Source: an uncultured Nitrososphaeraceae archaeon
Lineage (GTDB): Archaea > Thermoproteota > Nitrososphaeria > Nitrososphaerales > Nitrososphaeraceae
Direction of reading: 5' to 3'
DNA length: 64,000 nt
Assembly (NCBI GenBank): GCA_963729045.1
Contig: CAVSMN010000021.1
Span: forward strand, 32,001-96,000
The translations under genes were made by a program, and so were the position numbers. The first letter of the stretch is position 1, and each line of letters opens with the position of its first letter. A model generated the notes under the pieces. That model saw only the letters and a program-made list of their open reading frames with translations, was not told the origin of the DNA and did not search any database. Shown in pieces: positions 47,161-58,436 of this stretch.

Positions 47161-48306
47161 CTACCGTATTTCTAAAAGTCGGTTCATATTACAAGCAGAA
47201 AAACACATTTTGATAAGTGTCACTCTATTCTCTCTTCCTTCATCGTCAAAAAAATGCATCTTTGAATACTCAATTCCTATTTCTATTTTATCACCCACAT
47301 GCCAAGGATTTAAAATATTATTTGTAGTAACAAGCAAATTATCCGATCCAATTTTTACTTCGATTGTTGTGTCATCACCAAGCATTTCAATAAAGACTAC
47401 AATTCCATCCAACCTGATTCCTGTTGAAATGTCAGTTTCCTTAAGGATAATTACATCTCTTGGTCTTATCCCAACAATGAATTTTGGAGTTAGTTTTTTC
47501 TCAAGTAGTATTTTATCAACTGGCTGAATAACAATTGGCTGTGAGAATAAAAATAGGGATTTATCCCTAATAGATCCATTGATCAAATTCATTTGTGGGT
47601 TACCAATAAATTGTCCAACAAAAGTGTTCTTAGGTTGATGATAGACTTCAGTAGGAGTTCCAATTTGCTGTATATTACCATTTTTCATAATGGCTATCCT
47701 ATCTGCCATACTCATGGCTTCAACTTGGTCATGAGTTATATACAAAGTAGTTATTCCAATTTTCTTTTGCAGTTTCTTTATCTCGGTTCTCATATGTGTT
47801 CGAAGCTTTGCGTCCAAATTGCTTAGAGGTTCATCCATGAGAAATAATTTGGGTTCTCTTACCAATGCTCTACCAAGTGCTACTCTTTGCATTTGTCCAC
47901 CGCTCAATTCCTTTGGTTTTCTGTTAAGAAGATCCTTTATTCCTAATAGCTCAGCCATTTGGATGACCTTTTCTTGTATGTGAGATTTAGATATCTTTCT
48001 CATTTTTAGTGGAAATGCGATGTTATCATGAATAGACATATGTGGGTATAGTGCATAGTTTTGAAAAACCATCGCTACGTCTCTATCCTTGGGGGATAAT
48101 TCGTTTACCTTTCTATTTCCCAAATAAATTTGTCCATTTGTGGGGGTTATTAATCCTGCTATGCATCTAATAGCGGTAGTCTTTCCACATCCAGATGGCC
48201 CCAACAATACCATCAATTCACCCGACTTTATATCGATACTAAATTTATCCAAAGCTGTCGTCTCTCCGTATTTTTTTGTGAGGTTTTCTATTTTGAGATC
48301 GACCAT
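47161..48306 (-). CDS. Sugar ABC transporter ATPase (MalK-like)
   Basis: GPSGCGKT, FQNYALYPHM, LSGGQMQRVALGRA, LMDEPLSNLDAKLR, THDQVEA. Confidence 0.97.
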   Translation of the reverse strand: MVDLKIENLTKKYGETTALDKFSIDIKSGELMVLLGPSGCGKTTAIRCIAGLITPTNGQIYLGNRKVNELSPKDRDVAMVFQNYALYPHMSIHDNIAFPLKMRKISKSHIQEKVIQMAELLGIKDLLNRKPKELSGGQMQRVALGRALVREPKLFLMDEPLSNLDAKLRTHMRTEIKKLQKKIGITTLYITHDQVEAMSMADRIAIMKNGNIQQIGTPTEVYHQPKNTFVGQFIGNPQMNLINGSIRDKSLFLFSQPIVIQPVDKILLEKKLTPKFIVGIRPRDVIILKETDISTGIRLDGIVVFIEMLGDDTTIEVKIGSDNLLVTTNNILNPWHVGDKIEIGIEYSKMHFFDDEGRENRVTLIKMCFSACNMNRLLEIR

Positions 48307-48454
48307 ATCTTATCTCTCCTGGTGTATATCATAATTTACCCTACATAAAGAATTACATCAGAAAAAAATTAAGAGAAAATGAAATTGCTAAAGTACTTTA
48401 ATTCATTTTTCTATCTACAATATATAACTACTTGAACAAGAAAAACATCATATC

Positions 48455-48505
48455 AAACCCATGTAGATTTCGAGATCACCACAGAAGTCGATATCTATAT
48501 TAGTA
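48455..48505 (+). repeat. Dispersed motif copy (modules A+C)
   Basis: AAACCCATGTAGATTTCGAGATCACCACAGAAGTCGATATCTATATTAGTA. Confidence 0.75.
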
Positions 48506-48733
48506 ACGAATATATCATGAAACTATTCTAATTATTACAAAAAAAGGTCATTGCTAATGGCTATGATATCTTCGACCTTCGATGCTAATGGGTATGATAG
48601 TAGGATAAGTCCTATTGGTGAAGAGCCATACATGCTATAAAGGATACTCCAAATACCACACCCATATAAAAGGGTAGATGTCGCCCAGAAAATTACTAAA
48701 GCTCATCTATACCTTTTTGTTTTTATTTTCAGA

Positions 48734-49015
48734 TTATATTGTTTTTTCCTTATTATATTCGTCACCCAGGTCTTTGTCAGTATCTTTGACTTTATTGACA
48801 ACGGCTTTTGTTCCTGCCTTTACCTTATCAACTGCTTCAGTATCTTTGACTTTATTGACAACGGCTTTTGTTCCTGCCTTTACCTTATCAACTGCTTCAT
48901 CGAGGACACTCTCAGATTCATCTTGAGGCCTTTCATTTTTATTATAATCGTCTGTTATATCCACAAGGTTTTCACCGCGATTCTCTGTCTTTTTATTATT
49001 CTGATTCTCAGACAT
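48734..49015 (-). CDS. Small hydrophilic LEA/CsbD-like protein with 20-aa duplication
   Basis: EAVDKVKAGTKAVVNKVKDT x2. Confidence 0.7.
   Translation of the reverse strand: MSENQNNKKTENRGENLVDITDDYNKNERPQDESESVLDEAVDKVKAGTKAVVNKVKDTEAVDKVKAGTKAVVNKVKDTDKDLGDEYNKEKTI
48777..48899. repeat. Perfect 60-nt tandem duplication
   Basis: The sequence lines beginning at 48781 and 48841 are identical over 59 nt. Confidence 0.95.
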
Positions 49016-49557
49016 TGCAAATTAGATTGTATAACACAGTATAAATAATCAATACAATTGTTACCTATTTTCTCGTATCATTTGAAAGTACAACTAGTCA
49101 TCCGATGCATGGAGAAATTGGTAAATCCGGTTTGTAAAATAGCGATATGGTGAGTCAAATATCTAGTGGGAATAAATCAACAAAAGTTTGTATGAGTATT
49201 TACTTACTATTGTTCTTATTTAGATAAACAATAGATCAGATCTATTTATGCTGACACGGTCTCTTCCACTATACCCATACATTGGGAAAGATGACCATCA
49301 GATCTTATTATATAATTAAATAAATCGGCATAATGTCAGCTATTTTATTAATTACCTTTCATAGTACCACACTTTCTGATTTCATTGATTTGAACATATT
49401 TCACATCGATTTTGCATCATCACAATGAATATAATTAGACAGGTTAAAACGATGTGATTGTTTTGTATGTTGATATTATGAGAAACGAATAAAAGAAAAA
49501 TTGAATTGATATTTGAGTTTGTTTTGCTATTTTTATTAATAATTACATCAAATTTAG

Positions 49558-49827
49558 TTATTGGCTTGAGCCATTAACTACGTCTTGAATCCCTTCTAGT
49601 ACATTTCCAGTAGCATTCGAGAGGGCTTCACCAGTTTCATTCACTGCTTTTCCTAACCCTTCAGTTACATTGCCTGCAGCTTCACCAGTTTCATTCACTG
49701 CACCCTGTGTGTATTCTCCAGTTTGATTAGCATCCTCAGTGACATTTTGAGCAAAGGCGTTGACCCCTACAGTTCCCAACAATAGAGCTAGAGCACCAAT
49801 TATAGTGAACAATATGTTATTATTCAT
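49558..49827 (-). CDS. Small secreted acidic protein with AVNETGEA repeats
   Basis: Signal peptide ending AFAQ; many N-x-T sequons. Confidence 0.75.
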   Translation of the reverse strand: MNNNILFTIIGALALLLGTVGVNAFAQNVTEDANQTGEYTQGAVNETGEAAGNVTEGLGKAVNETGEALSNATGNVLEGIQDVVNGSSQ

Positions 49828-50026
49828 TAATCATGAGTGGTAAACATGCCATTTAAGCTTTATATATTTACAATGCACATTTGAGATGGAAATTAATTCA
49901 TCAAATCTGTCTGAGATAAATCTCTTTAATCCCATCTGCTGTATTTAAAAATTTTCTATTGATTGGACTATCATATCTACATGAATTTCGTTCTGATATT
50001 GAACTAGTAATACATCTTTTACAAAG

Positions 50027-50061
50027 TCCACCAGGCCCGCATTATATTACCTATGTTAGAT
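50027..50061 (+). repeat. Dispersed motif copy (core+C) / dif-like 28-mer
   Basis: TCCACCAGGCCCGCATTATATTACCTATGTTAGAT. Confidence 0.5.
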
Positions 50062-50086
50062 ATCAAGATAGAAGGGTATGTAATTT

Positions 50087-50955
50087 CTAATTAACATCTA
50101 GAAATGTTTGTACCACTTTAGTGAATTTTTCCGGATATTGGTACATCCATCCGTGTCCTGCATCCTTAATTTGTATAAGCGATGCCAAAGGGATTTTTTC
50201 AATTAGTGTTAATGCAGCTTTGGGTGTAGTAATTATATCCTCTGTACCCATCAAAACTAAAGTTGGTTGGATAATCACTGAGGGAGAATAGTATATTCCA
50301 TTCCATCCAATGATTGCTTGTGCTTGTTTTTGTGTAGTTTCAATAGATACAGTGTCTCTTGAGAAGTGGAAAATGATTAATGAAGTCGGGATTGTCGAGA
50401 AGCCAGGACGAAGGGAAAAAAAACGAAAGTATTTGTCTTGCTTGTTCCTCAGGAGTCCCAGACACTCCACCCAATGTTTGCATTAGTTCAGCACTTGAAG
50501 GAATTGCTTTGTCTCCACCAGGCCCAGAGCCATACAGAATAAGATTACTTACTTTATCCGGATAAAAGAGTGCTAATTCCTCTGCGATATATGCACCCAT
50601 TGACCATCCAATAACATGTGCTTTCTCTATATTGAGTGAATTTAACAAATCTGCAGCGTCCTTGGCAAGCTGGTTAATAGAATAATCTTTAGTTCCAGTT
50701 GAAGAGTTACCTGTACCCCTATTATTATAGATTATAACGCTACGATTAGACTGAGCAAGCTCGTTTAGTATTCTAGGTGGCCACATATCCATAGTTATCC
50801 GCAGTCCGGCAATGAATAGAAGTGGAGTATTTTCATCACTGCTGGCCAATATTTTTATTCTTGAGAATTTTATATTCTATTTCTATATCGTCTACTGTGG
50901 CCTTTTGTATAGGAAAACTGTCTACTATATCCCTAGCTTGAGATTCATTAGACAT
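50087..50955 (-). CDS. Alpha/beta hydrolase (frameshifted)
   Basis: NRGTGNS, GWSMG nucleophile, PTLVLMGTED, AGHG. Confidence 0.88.
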
Positions 50956-51430
50956 GCCTTATTCCTCCAAATATTGTATTTAATATCAGAAAATTCATAA
51001 ATAATACAGAAAATAACACAACTTTTAGATGAAATAATATATTCTTGTCAGTTTTATGAATTATTTGATTCAATGTGTAAGTATACAGGAGTGAGTATAA
51101 GAACATTACGGGGTTGTTATCTAATCATTTCTAATCAAGGATCTCAAGAGGTATTCCTTTTTGTTGAAGTATTTTTCTTCCTTTGATTTAAGAAGATTTG
51201 AAAAGTATTGTTTAGTGGTTTACTATTTCTTAGGAATTAACAATAGATTGAGGAATCCAGAATCATAGCATATCTATTGCGAAACCGACAGGTCCTGATC
51301 TATTGAAGTTCTGATTCCTTTTCACAACGAGGACAAAAGAGGCTGACGGAATCCGATTGACACATGTCACTTAATTAGGTAAAATTCCATGATATAGTTA
51401 TTGATAGGATGGTAAAGTGATTGAATTAAA

Positions 51431-51474
51431 TCAAGAGTATTTCACACTTCACCCAAAGCCGCTACCTATTTTAG
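51431..51474 (+). repeat. Dispersed motif copy (D+C, degenerate)
   Basis: TCAAGAGTATTTCACACTTCACCCAAAGCCGCTACCTATTTTAG. Confidence 0.45.
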
Positions 51475-51565
51475 AACCGACTCAGTAATTACCAAAATAA
51501 AAAATGTTGACTTTTAAATTAGGAAATAAATAAAAGGGTACGGTCTCAGGTTTAGAAATTAATCA

Positions 51566-51800
51566 CTAGTTTGCTTTTATTGTATTAGCCATACAGTCTC
51601 CAAGTTGCGGATTTAGATTACTAGGTAACTTTATCCATCCTTCACGACAATCCATTTCCTTCTTTTTGAATGCAGCTGCATTAACATCACCTATAGTTAC
51701 AAAAGTACATCATCATCAGTGCTAATGCAACCACTATTGCTATTGAAGCAACTACTATTCTTGTGTTTTTATTTTTGTTTTTGAGAGTTGTTATACTCAT
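51566..51800 (-). CDS. Small secreted protein with a Cys pair (1-nt indel; not in ORF track)
   Basis: MSITTLKNKNKNTRIVVASIAIVVALALMM..TFVTIGDVNAAAFKKKEMDCREGWIKLPSNLNPQLGDCMANTIKAN*. Confidence 0.5.
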
Positions 51801-52149
51801 ACGATCTAAATGTAAAAATAATTATATTGAAATTGCTAACTAATTGCAATACTCTAATACTCTAGCAACACTAGAAAATTGCTTATGTATTTCCAGCAGG
51901 TAAGGTAACTTGGAATCCACTATGAAATCTACAAGTTTTTCTTTATCAACAAAAAGGTAGTCTTATCTTTGGTAAATGTCCGTAAGTAAATCTTTTGCAT
52001 AATTAGCACCATTAAGAAAACTTGCAAAAGAATGAGACAACATAGTCGTAATTCGCAAAACAAAAATTGTATTTATCATATTTTGCTCCATAGGATGCAA
52101 AATCCATAAAGCTTTAAATGAATAACAATTAAGTCTTTAAATATTTGAT

Positions 52150-53077
52150 ATGGATATCAAGCCACAGAATGTATTAGATTATCATGGTAACAACGCCATA
52201 TTTATGGTTTGGAATTTTAAGAAAGATATAGACTTCAAAGATGGTTTTAAGAGGATTAGCAAATTGGTTATCAATCTTAATAATTCAGCTGATGACCGTT
52301 TTCCTGATTCCGGGGCAAGTTGCGTAATGGGGATTGGACATAATGCATGGCTTCGGCTTAATCTCCATGTTCCGCTCCCTAAAGAATTAGAGAACCTTTA
52401 TGCCTATTGTTGGTGAAAAACACACAGCAGTTTCTTCCAAAGGAGATTTGCATTTTCATATCAGAGGTAATGGTAGCAGTATGTGTTATGATATGGCACA
52501 TGCATTATCTGACGTGTTGGAACCGGTGGCTATAAGCACGGAAGAAATCCATGGTTTCAGATATCAGGACGGTCGTTCCATTTTAGGTTTTGTTGATGGG
52601 ACTGAAAATCCTCATGAACAGGAACGGGCAATATTTGGGTTGGTTGGAGATGATGATCCTGTTTATAAAGGTGGAAGTTATCTTTTTGTTCAAAAATTTG
52701 TTCATGATTTAAATGCATTTGAAAGATTATCAACTGAAGAACAGGAAAAGGTAATTGGCAGATATAAAATGAATGATATCGAAATGCCGGATAATATAAA
52801 ACCCTCAAATTCTCATATTGCCTTGGCCAATGTTGGTGACGAATTCAAGATTATTCGTGATAACATGCCTTTTGGAAACATATCCACCAATGAAATGGGC
52901 ACTTATTTTATCGCATATGCCAGCACATTCAGTACCGTAAAGAAAATGCTTAATAATATGTTTATTGGTTCTCCTAAAGGAAATTATGATAGGTTATTGG
53001 ATTTCAGCATACCCAAAACAGGAACTCTATTTTTTGTTCCAACATTAGATATGTTAGATGACTTTTCATCAAGTTAA
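52150..53077 (+). CDS. DyP-type (dye-decolorising) heme peroxidase, one frameshift ~52398
   Basis: GDLHFHIR, GFVDGTENP (GxxDG), GGSYLFVQK, EQEKVIGR, SHI proximal His, IIRDNMPFG. Confidence 0.95.
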
Positions 53078-53581
53078 ATCAATATTTTTGATAGACTAAA
53101 ACTTTGTTTTATTTTGAACTTTAATTCAATAAACTAGAAAAATTGGTATGGTGATATCCATTTGAACGAGTATTAAGTGAATTAAGAATACCGACAATAA
53201 TTTTTTTCTAATGTCTAATTTTTTTGTTCATTGTTTGTGTAATTCTACCAAACTTTTGTCAATTTCATTGATGTTCCCATCATGGTGGTACTATCACGGT
53301 AAGAATATATATCTACATACCCATCTTTGACTCCACTGGATATGATCTGATTACAACAATTATTATGTCGCTCCCTGAAAAGAGATATGCTAGAATATCA
53401 TAATAAGTATCTGGCCATCGATCTTGTCAAACATATCAAGTTCGTCAGCACTCTTAGATCAGTATCAGAAAATGGGAGAGGTATGCATGTAAGGAAGGAA
53501 GCGACTAAACACAATGATTTGTTTTGTTTGCTACATTCATGTTTAAACCCATTGCTATGACATTAGAAGGCCAACCCTAAT

Positions 53582-53959
53582 TCAGCAAGTTTTCTCGACC
53601 CACTTGGATCTCCATTCAGGAGGTTCGAATGGATCTCCAAAGTAGAGTGTTTCATGTGCGATTTTTTCATCTATGAACTCCATGATACATACTACATTAA
53701 CTGGACGACCATCATAAGTTATAATATATTCAGTTACCCAAAGACTTCCTTCTCCACGCGTCCGCAGGATCTTAAATCCAAGTTTGGCAGGGTAGTGTTT
53801 CCTGAGTTCGTATAGGTTTTTTTTACCTAAAATTCGTTCACCAGACTGAGGAAATTCAACAATGACGTCGTCACGATAGATCTCGTGTGACTTGTCTATA
53901 TCTACACCAGTAAACTCCCAGTGGCGATCCAATGCAGTGCGTATTTCTAGATTGCCCAA
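53582..53959 (-). CDS. SnoaL/NTF2-like protein
   Basis: HEIYRDDVIVEFPQSGERILG...HETLYFGDPFEPPEWR. Confidence 0.88.
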   Translation of the reverse strand: MGNLEIRTALDRHWEFTGVDIDKSHEIYRDDVIVEFPQSGERILGKKNLYELRKHYPAKLGFKILRTRGEGSLWVTEYIITYDGRPVNVVCIMEFIDEKIAHETLYFGDPFEPPEWRSKWVEKTC

Positions 53960-54120
53960 TCTACTCTTAAACTATTTCAAAAACCTAGATTATTAGGTTT
54001 CTCATCGATTCCGACCCTGACAAAGAATGGGAAAGGCAACTTATGGTTGGAATCAACGGATATCAAGTCCTGTCATTGATATACTGGATCCTTTTAAGAA
54101 AGCATCGTCTAAAAAGTATC

Positions 54121-54158
54121 AAACTCATGGAAATCCACATGATTCCACACCCACCGAA
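54121..54158 (+). repeat. Dispersed motif copy (module A)
   Basis: AAACTCATGGAAATCCACATGATTCCACACCCACCGAA. Confidence 0.7.
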
Positions 54159-54436
54159 TTTGTACATACTCTATTATGTCACTATTTCATTTTATAGGCG
54201 ACCTGTTAATCATTATTATGATTACACATCATCATGTTTTTGATATAGGCATTCCAATAGTTCTGACTGACAATTTCAGATGATTATCTATCTAAAATAC
54301 TGGCTACTGGCTACTGGCTCCAGATATCGAACCTGTTCGTTCATCATGGTTATACTTTCTATTCTTATAATCATGTTAAATTGAGATAAATGGATGCTGC
54401 TCGAAAATGTGAAAAAATTGTATCTTGAAAATTCAA

Positions 54437-54595
54437 TTAAAAGCTATAATCTGATTCGTCATACTTTGATACAAATCCACAGCTAGGACAACTTTCAAGA
54501 TTTGAGAAATGTCTCTGAAAATGATGTTCTTCCAATCGATATATGTTTGAAATATGATTAAAATCACATTGTTTGCATTTTATCCTAAGCGTCAT
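54437..54595 (-). CDS. 52-aa zinc-ribbon protein (below ORF-track cutoff)
   Basis: MTLRIKCKQCDFNHISNIYRLEEHHFQRHFSNLESCPSCGFVSKYDESDYSF* (CxxC...CPxCG). Confidence 0.7.
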   Translation of the reverse strand: MTLRIKCKQCDFNHISNIYRLEEHHFQRHFSNLESCPSCGFVSKYDESDYSF

Positions 54596-54939
54596 GATAC
54601 ATATGAGATGGCATAATACTTTAGTCTTTTTTATGAGAAGACATTAAACAATTGTCTCTCTAGGTTTTTTGATTTAATATATAGAAAAAACCTCATAAAC
54701 TCGTTTGACATTAATTATTATTTTGGGCTTGCAGGGGTGATACGTGTTAGAGTCAAATATTAATAAAATCTATCGAGATTATCTGAAATCGTAGTAATTC
54801 ATAATGGTGAATTCATAGATCTGTAAATCTTCCTATCGAACTGAACGCTTCTAATTTGAATTTTTGATTTGTATCTTCTTAATTAAAATGGATTAGATGA
54901 CAATAGATGAAGAGTCTGCAGATTGATTTTCCAAGTTTG

Positions 54940-55719
54940 TTAGTTACATGGTATTAGTGTTTTAGCTTCAAGGTTTCCTTTTTTTATTTCATTTCTTAAT
55001 GCATGTTTTATTATCCATTGAGTGTCAGTATTTCGAGACATCTGACCATTTTTTTAATACCTCGATTCCAATATCGTAGTTATCTTTTAGAATATCATTG
55101 AGGTTATTCGCTACCGATTTTTTTACAAATAATGATTCGTCCTGTTTTAGATTCTCGAGTATGGGTAGGATTGGTTTCGGATTTAAAATAAATTGGTCAA
55201 CTTTTTTGCCCATGGAAGTCTTGGTCTAATACCTTCAGAAGACAACCTTCTTACATGAACGTTTTTACTTTGCGACCATTTTAGCATTAAAGATGTCATT
55301 TTTTTTGGATATTTTACAAGAAAAGGACGTACTGCATATTCTCCAGTATTTCGTTGTGTTATTTGATAGATTGCATCAGTTGATATCTCAAAATCGTCAA
55401 TACCATACTTTTCTACAAGAAATGCTAATGGCATGATCCAGTAACCCTCTCTAAACATTCCAGTCTCATTTTGATTCGGAGGCCCAAGAATGCTCATCAT
55501 TATATTGATGGCTTCTTTGTAGTCTCTGGGAAGAAATTCATGTAATGTGTCGGCAATTACCTCGACACGACCCTTTAGTTCCAAATTTGTGATTTTCTTA
55601 TCCACTGTATCAATAAACTTTTGTTTTTGAAATTTCGGATATATTTTGTAAACTTTATCTGCAAGAAGTTTTGCAAGGTCTCTACCATAATAAGATTTTA
55701 ATTTAGTATATTCTGTCAT
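54940..55719 (-). CDS. DNA alkylation repair protein (AlkC/AlkD-like HEAT-repeat glycosylase), 2 frameshifts
   Basis: LELKGR, EYAVRPFL, HVRRLSSEGIRPRLPW, VKKSVANNLNDILKD, WIIKHALR. Confidence 0.9.
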
Positions 55720-55879
55720 TTACTTTCATTTCGCCTTACTAGTTGAATTCCAATTTTCCATTACCGATAACAAATTTATGAGTATTGTGGTTCATTCCTT
55801 AAATTTTTTATTGTATTCGATGCGAACAAATATTTTAGATGAGTTGTAATTGATTGAAAAAAGTCAAAAAGAAAGAATT

Positions 55880-56290
55880 TATTGCAGGAACCCTAAAACA
55901 CACCTAAACCACCTGAGTTTATAAAATTGCAATCCGATATTGTAAACAAATCCCTAAATAATGTTCCAATCACTACAGAGGAATTAAAAGCACTTGTTTC
56001 TGCCTCAGTAGGATCAGGATGGATAAAACTACATCCTGAATCTGTGGACGTTCCGGCAAACATTACATCATTACAGCAATTAAAGCCGGGTTTGCCCCCA
56101 GAGGTAGCAAATAGTCACAATATCGAGGAAAGCATTGGGAGGATAACCCAAACTGGAATGGTGTTGTGATGTGCTTGCAAAATTGAATAAGCCTACTTTG
56201 GTCATAACTGTAACCGATGATGACAAAACCAACCTCATGTCAATTCTCGAAAAATCTAGATAATATTTGAGGAACATGGCTTGAGATATA
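55880..56290 (+). pseudogene. Internal/C-terminal alpha/beta hydrolase fragment
   Basis: GSGWIKLHPES... then CDVLAKLNKPTLVITVTDD in a shifted frame; N-terminus absent. Confidence 0.5.
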
Positions 56291-56903
56291 AAGAGCTGGC
56301 CATGCAGTAATGGATCAATATCCCGAGGAAATTGGTACGATATTAAATACATTCCTTGCAACTACAAATGTAAATAACTGACCCATTTTCATTGAAACAA
56401 CCTGAAGTCTTAAAGCTCCTCCAATAACCGGCGGGCAGAATGAAATCTATTTCTGTAGGATTCGTTTACCTACAAATTAACGATAAATTTTGATCATTTT
56501 GGATCAAAGATTGTTTCAGTGACGAATTATTGTGCTTCTTAATAGAAAGTGATCTAGAATATTTGTAAAAATGTTTCCTTGGACCTGAATTTCTTTCAAA
56601 AAGATTAAAGGTTAAAACTTGGTCAATTTGTAATATTATTCATTTGCAAATTCTGCGTAGAATTATTTGGGGGTATTGTTTATCTTTGATATTTTGTCTA
56701 ATATAATTCTAATAATAACTGCAAATAAGGCTATAATTGATAATATTTACTATAATAATGGGTTCCATCATGTAACCTCCTTATGCATTTAGCAATTTCA
56801 AAATGCATATATAAAATTAAAAAAAGTTCTATAAAATTAATTTGTATAAATTCAATATTATTTGATCGAGTATTTATATAACAGTAAATTTAACTCTACA
56901 TGC

Positions 56904-57369
56904 ATGAATAAATTTAATTTATTCCTTATTATGAGCATAGGCGCAGTATTTGTCACAGCATTGATTTTTGGATCAACCATGACAACTGCATTTGCACAAG
57001 GAAATGACACAGGTGAAGTTCAGGTAGGATCGCCACTGGTATTTACAGCAGAAAATGCAACAATGGCTGCCAATAATGCGAGCAATGCTACTACAGCAGC
57101 AGCAGCAGGTGATTCGGTTGTAAGCCAAACACCCCAAGTTGATGCTCCTCAAGGCCAAGCAACCTCTGATGGTGGAGAAAACCTCTGATGGTGGAGAAAC
57201 CTCTGATGGTGGAGAAACCTCTGATGGTGGAGAAACCTCTGATGGTGGAGAAACCTCTGATGGTGGAGACGAAGGCTCTGATGGTGGAGACGAAGGCTCT
57301 GATGGTGGAGACGAAGGCTCTGATGGTGGAGACGAAGGCTCTGATGGTGGAGACGAAAACAATAACTAA
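56904..57369 (+). CDS. Secreted protein with acidic SDGGET/SDGGDEG repeat tail (extra A at ~57180)
   Basis: Signal peptide ending AFAQ. Removing one A from GAAAA joins it to the repeat tail. T-tract downstream. Confidence 0.8.
57162..57357 (+). repeat. 18-nt x6 followed by 21-nt x4 tandem repeats
   Basis: ACCTCTGATGGTGGAGA(A/C) x6, then GAAGGCTCTGATGGTGGAGAC x4. Confidence 0.95.
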
Positions 57370-57907
57370 AATAAATTAACCAATTTTTTTTCTCCTTTTT
57401 TTCTTTTATATTTTATCTGACTTTTGTTAACCTCTAATTGAGTAGAATACAATAGAATAATTAAGACTCGGCAAAGTCCCAAAATCTAGTAAATTTAGAT
57501 CCATAGTAATCGTGCTCTTTTAGTAGGGCAAGATTGAACGGGAACTTTAGGACTCGCTATACTTTTACTATCTCATTAGGGCTTGAAATCATATCTCTAC
57601 TAATTTTAGAATTAACGATACCTGTTTGGTCTGATAGAAATTAGACATCAAGTCTTTGTGCCTACTTACAATTACACAAATGTTATGTGAAATATTTTGC
57701 TTACTTGAATTATTGGTTTGTCGTAGATGAATTTGTCGATGCAAAAGAGAATAAATGTTTTTTAATTCATCTAAATTCTAGCAAAAATTAAGAAGTGATT
57801 AAACCTCTACTTCTCGCGTACTGATGATTATATTGCTTAGAGGACCTCCTTCAGAAATCTTGGAAGAGTGAAGGGCGAGTACTTACCGTGATAGGAAGGA
57901 GACTCCT

Positions 57908-58436
57908 CTAATATGGTGGTTGGCTATTGAAGTTGCCAGGTGGATTATATTGACAAACCAATACATTCGTTCCACCATATTGAGCGAATTAACCACCGGG
58001 TCCACTAGTGAATGCGCAACCAACCTCAGTTGAACGCTGGTCAACCATCTGAGTGTAGTGACCATTGCCAGAGCCGCAGGGTGCCAGGTACATAGTGACT
58101 CTTTTCGTTGACCCAGGACTGCTGCAGGACGTCCACAGTAGCGTATGACGGACCTCCTCCACTTGCCAAGTTCTCACCATAACCTGTGCCGGTGGAATGG
58201 ACCATCTGGCCTGTTGAAAGCAAATTATCGGCCCAATTCTGTGCGCTGGCGGCGATGCTGTCGCTCCACGTCAGCGGTGCAACTCCAACTGCAGCGCGTT
58301 CTTGGTTGTGGGTATTCAAGATGGTATTTTCTAAATCCCCTTGTGCATACGATAATTGCAGAACTGATGATGGTACTACTAGAGTTGCCGTCATAATCAA
58401 GATCATAGTAATTTTTACTGATATTTTGTTATACAT
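57908..58436 (-). CDS. Secreted CAP/SCP (PR-1-like) domain protein, frameshifted
   Basis: ILNTHNQERAAVGVAPLTWS, GENLA, SWVNEK, GHYTQMV..STEVGC, LVCQYNPPGN. Confidence 0.9.

Noticed and set aside
52150..53077. Encapsulin cargo system for DyP
   Set aside because: The protein ends right after the DyP domain with no GSLxIGSL-type targeting peptide, and no encapsulin gene is adjacent.
56973..57379. Pro/Ser-rich ORF 56973..57362 (-) and MVEKPL-repeat ORF 57188..57379
   Set aside because: Shadows of the 18/21-nt tandem repeats.
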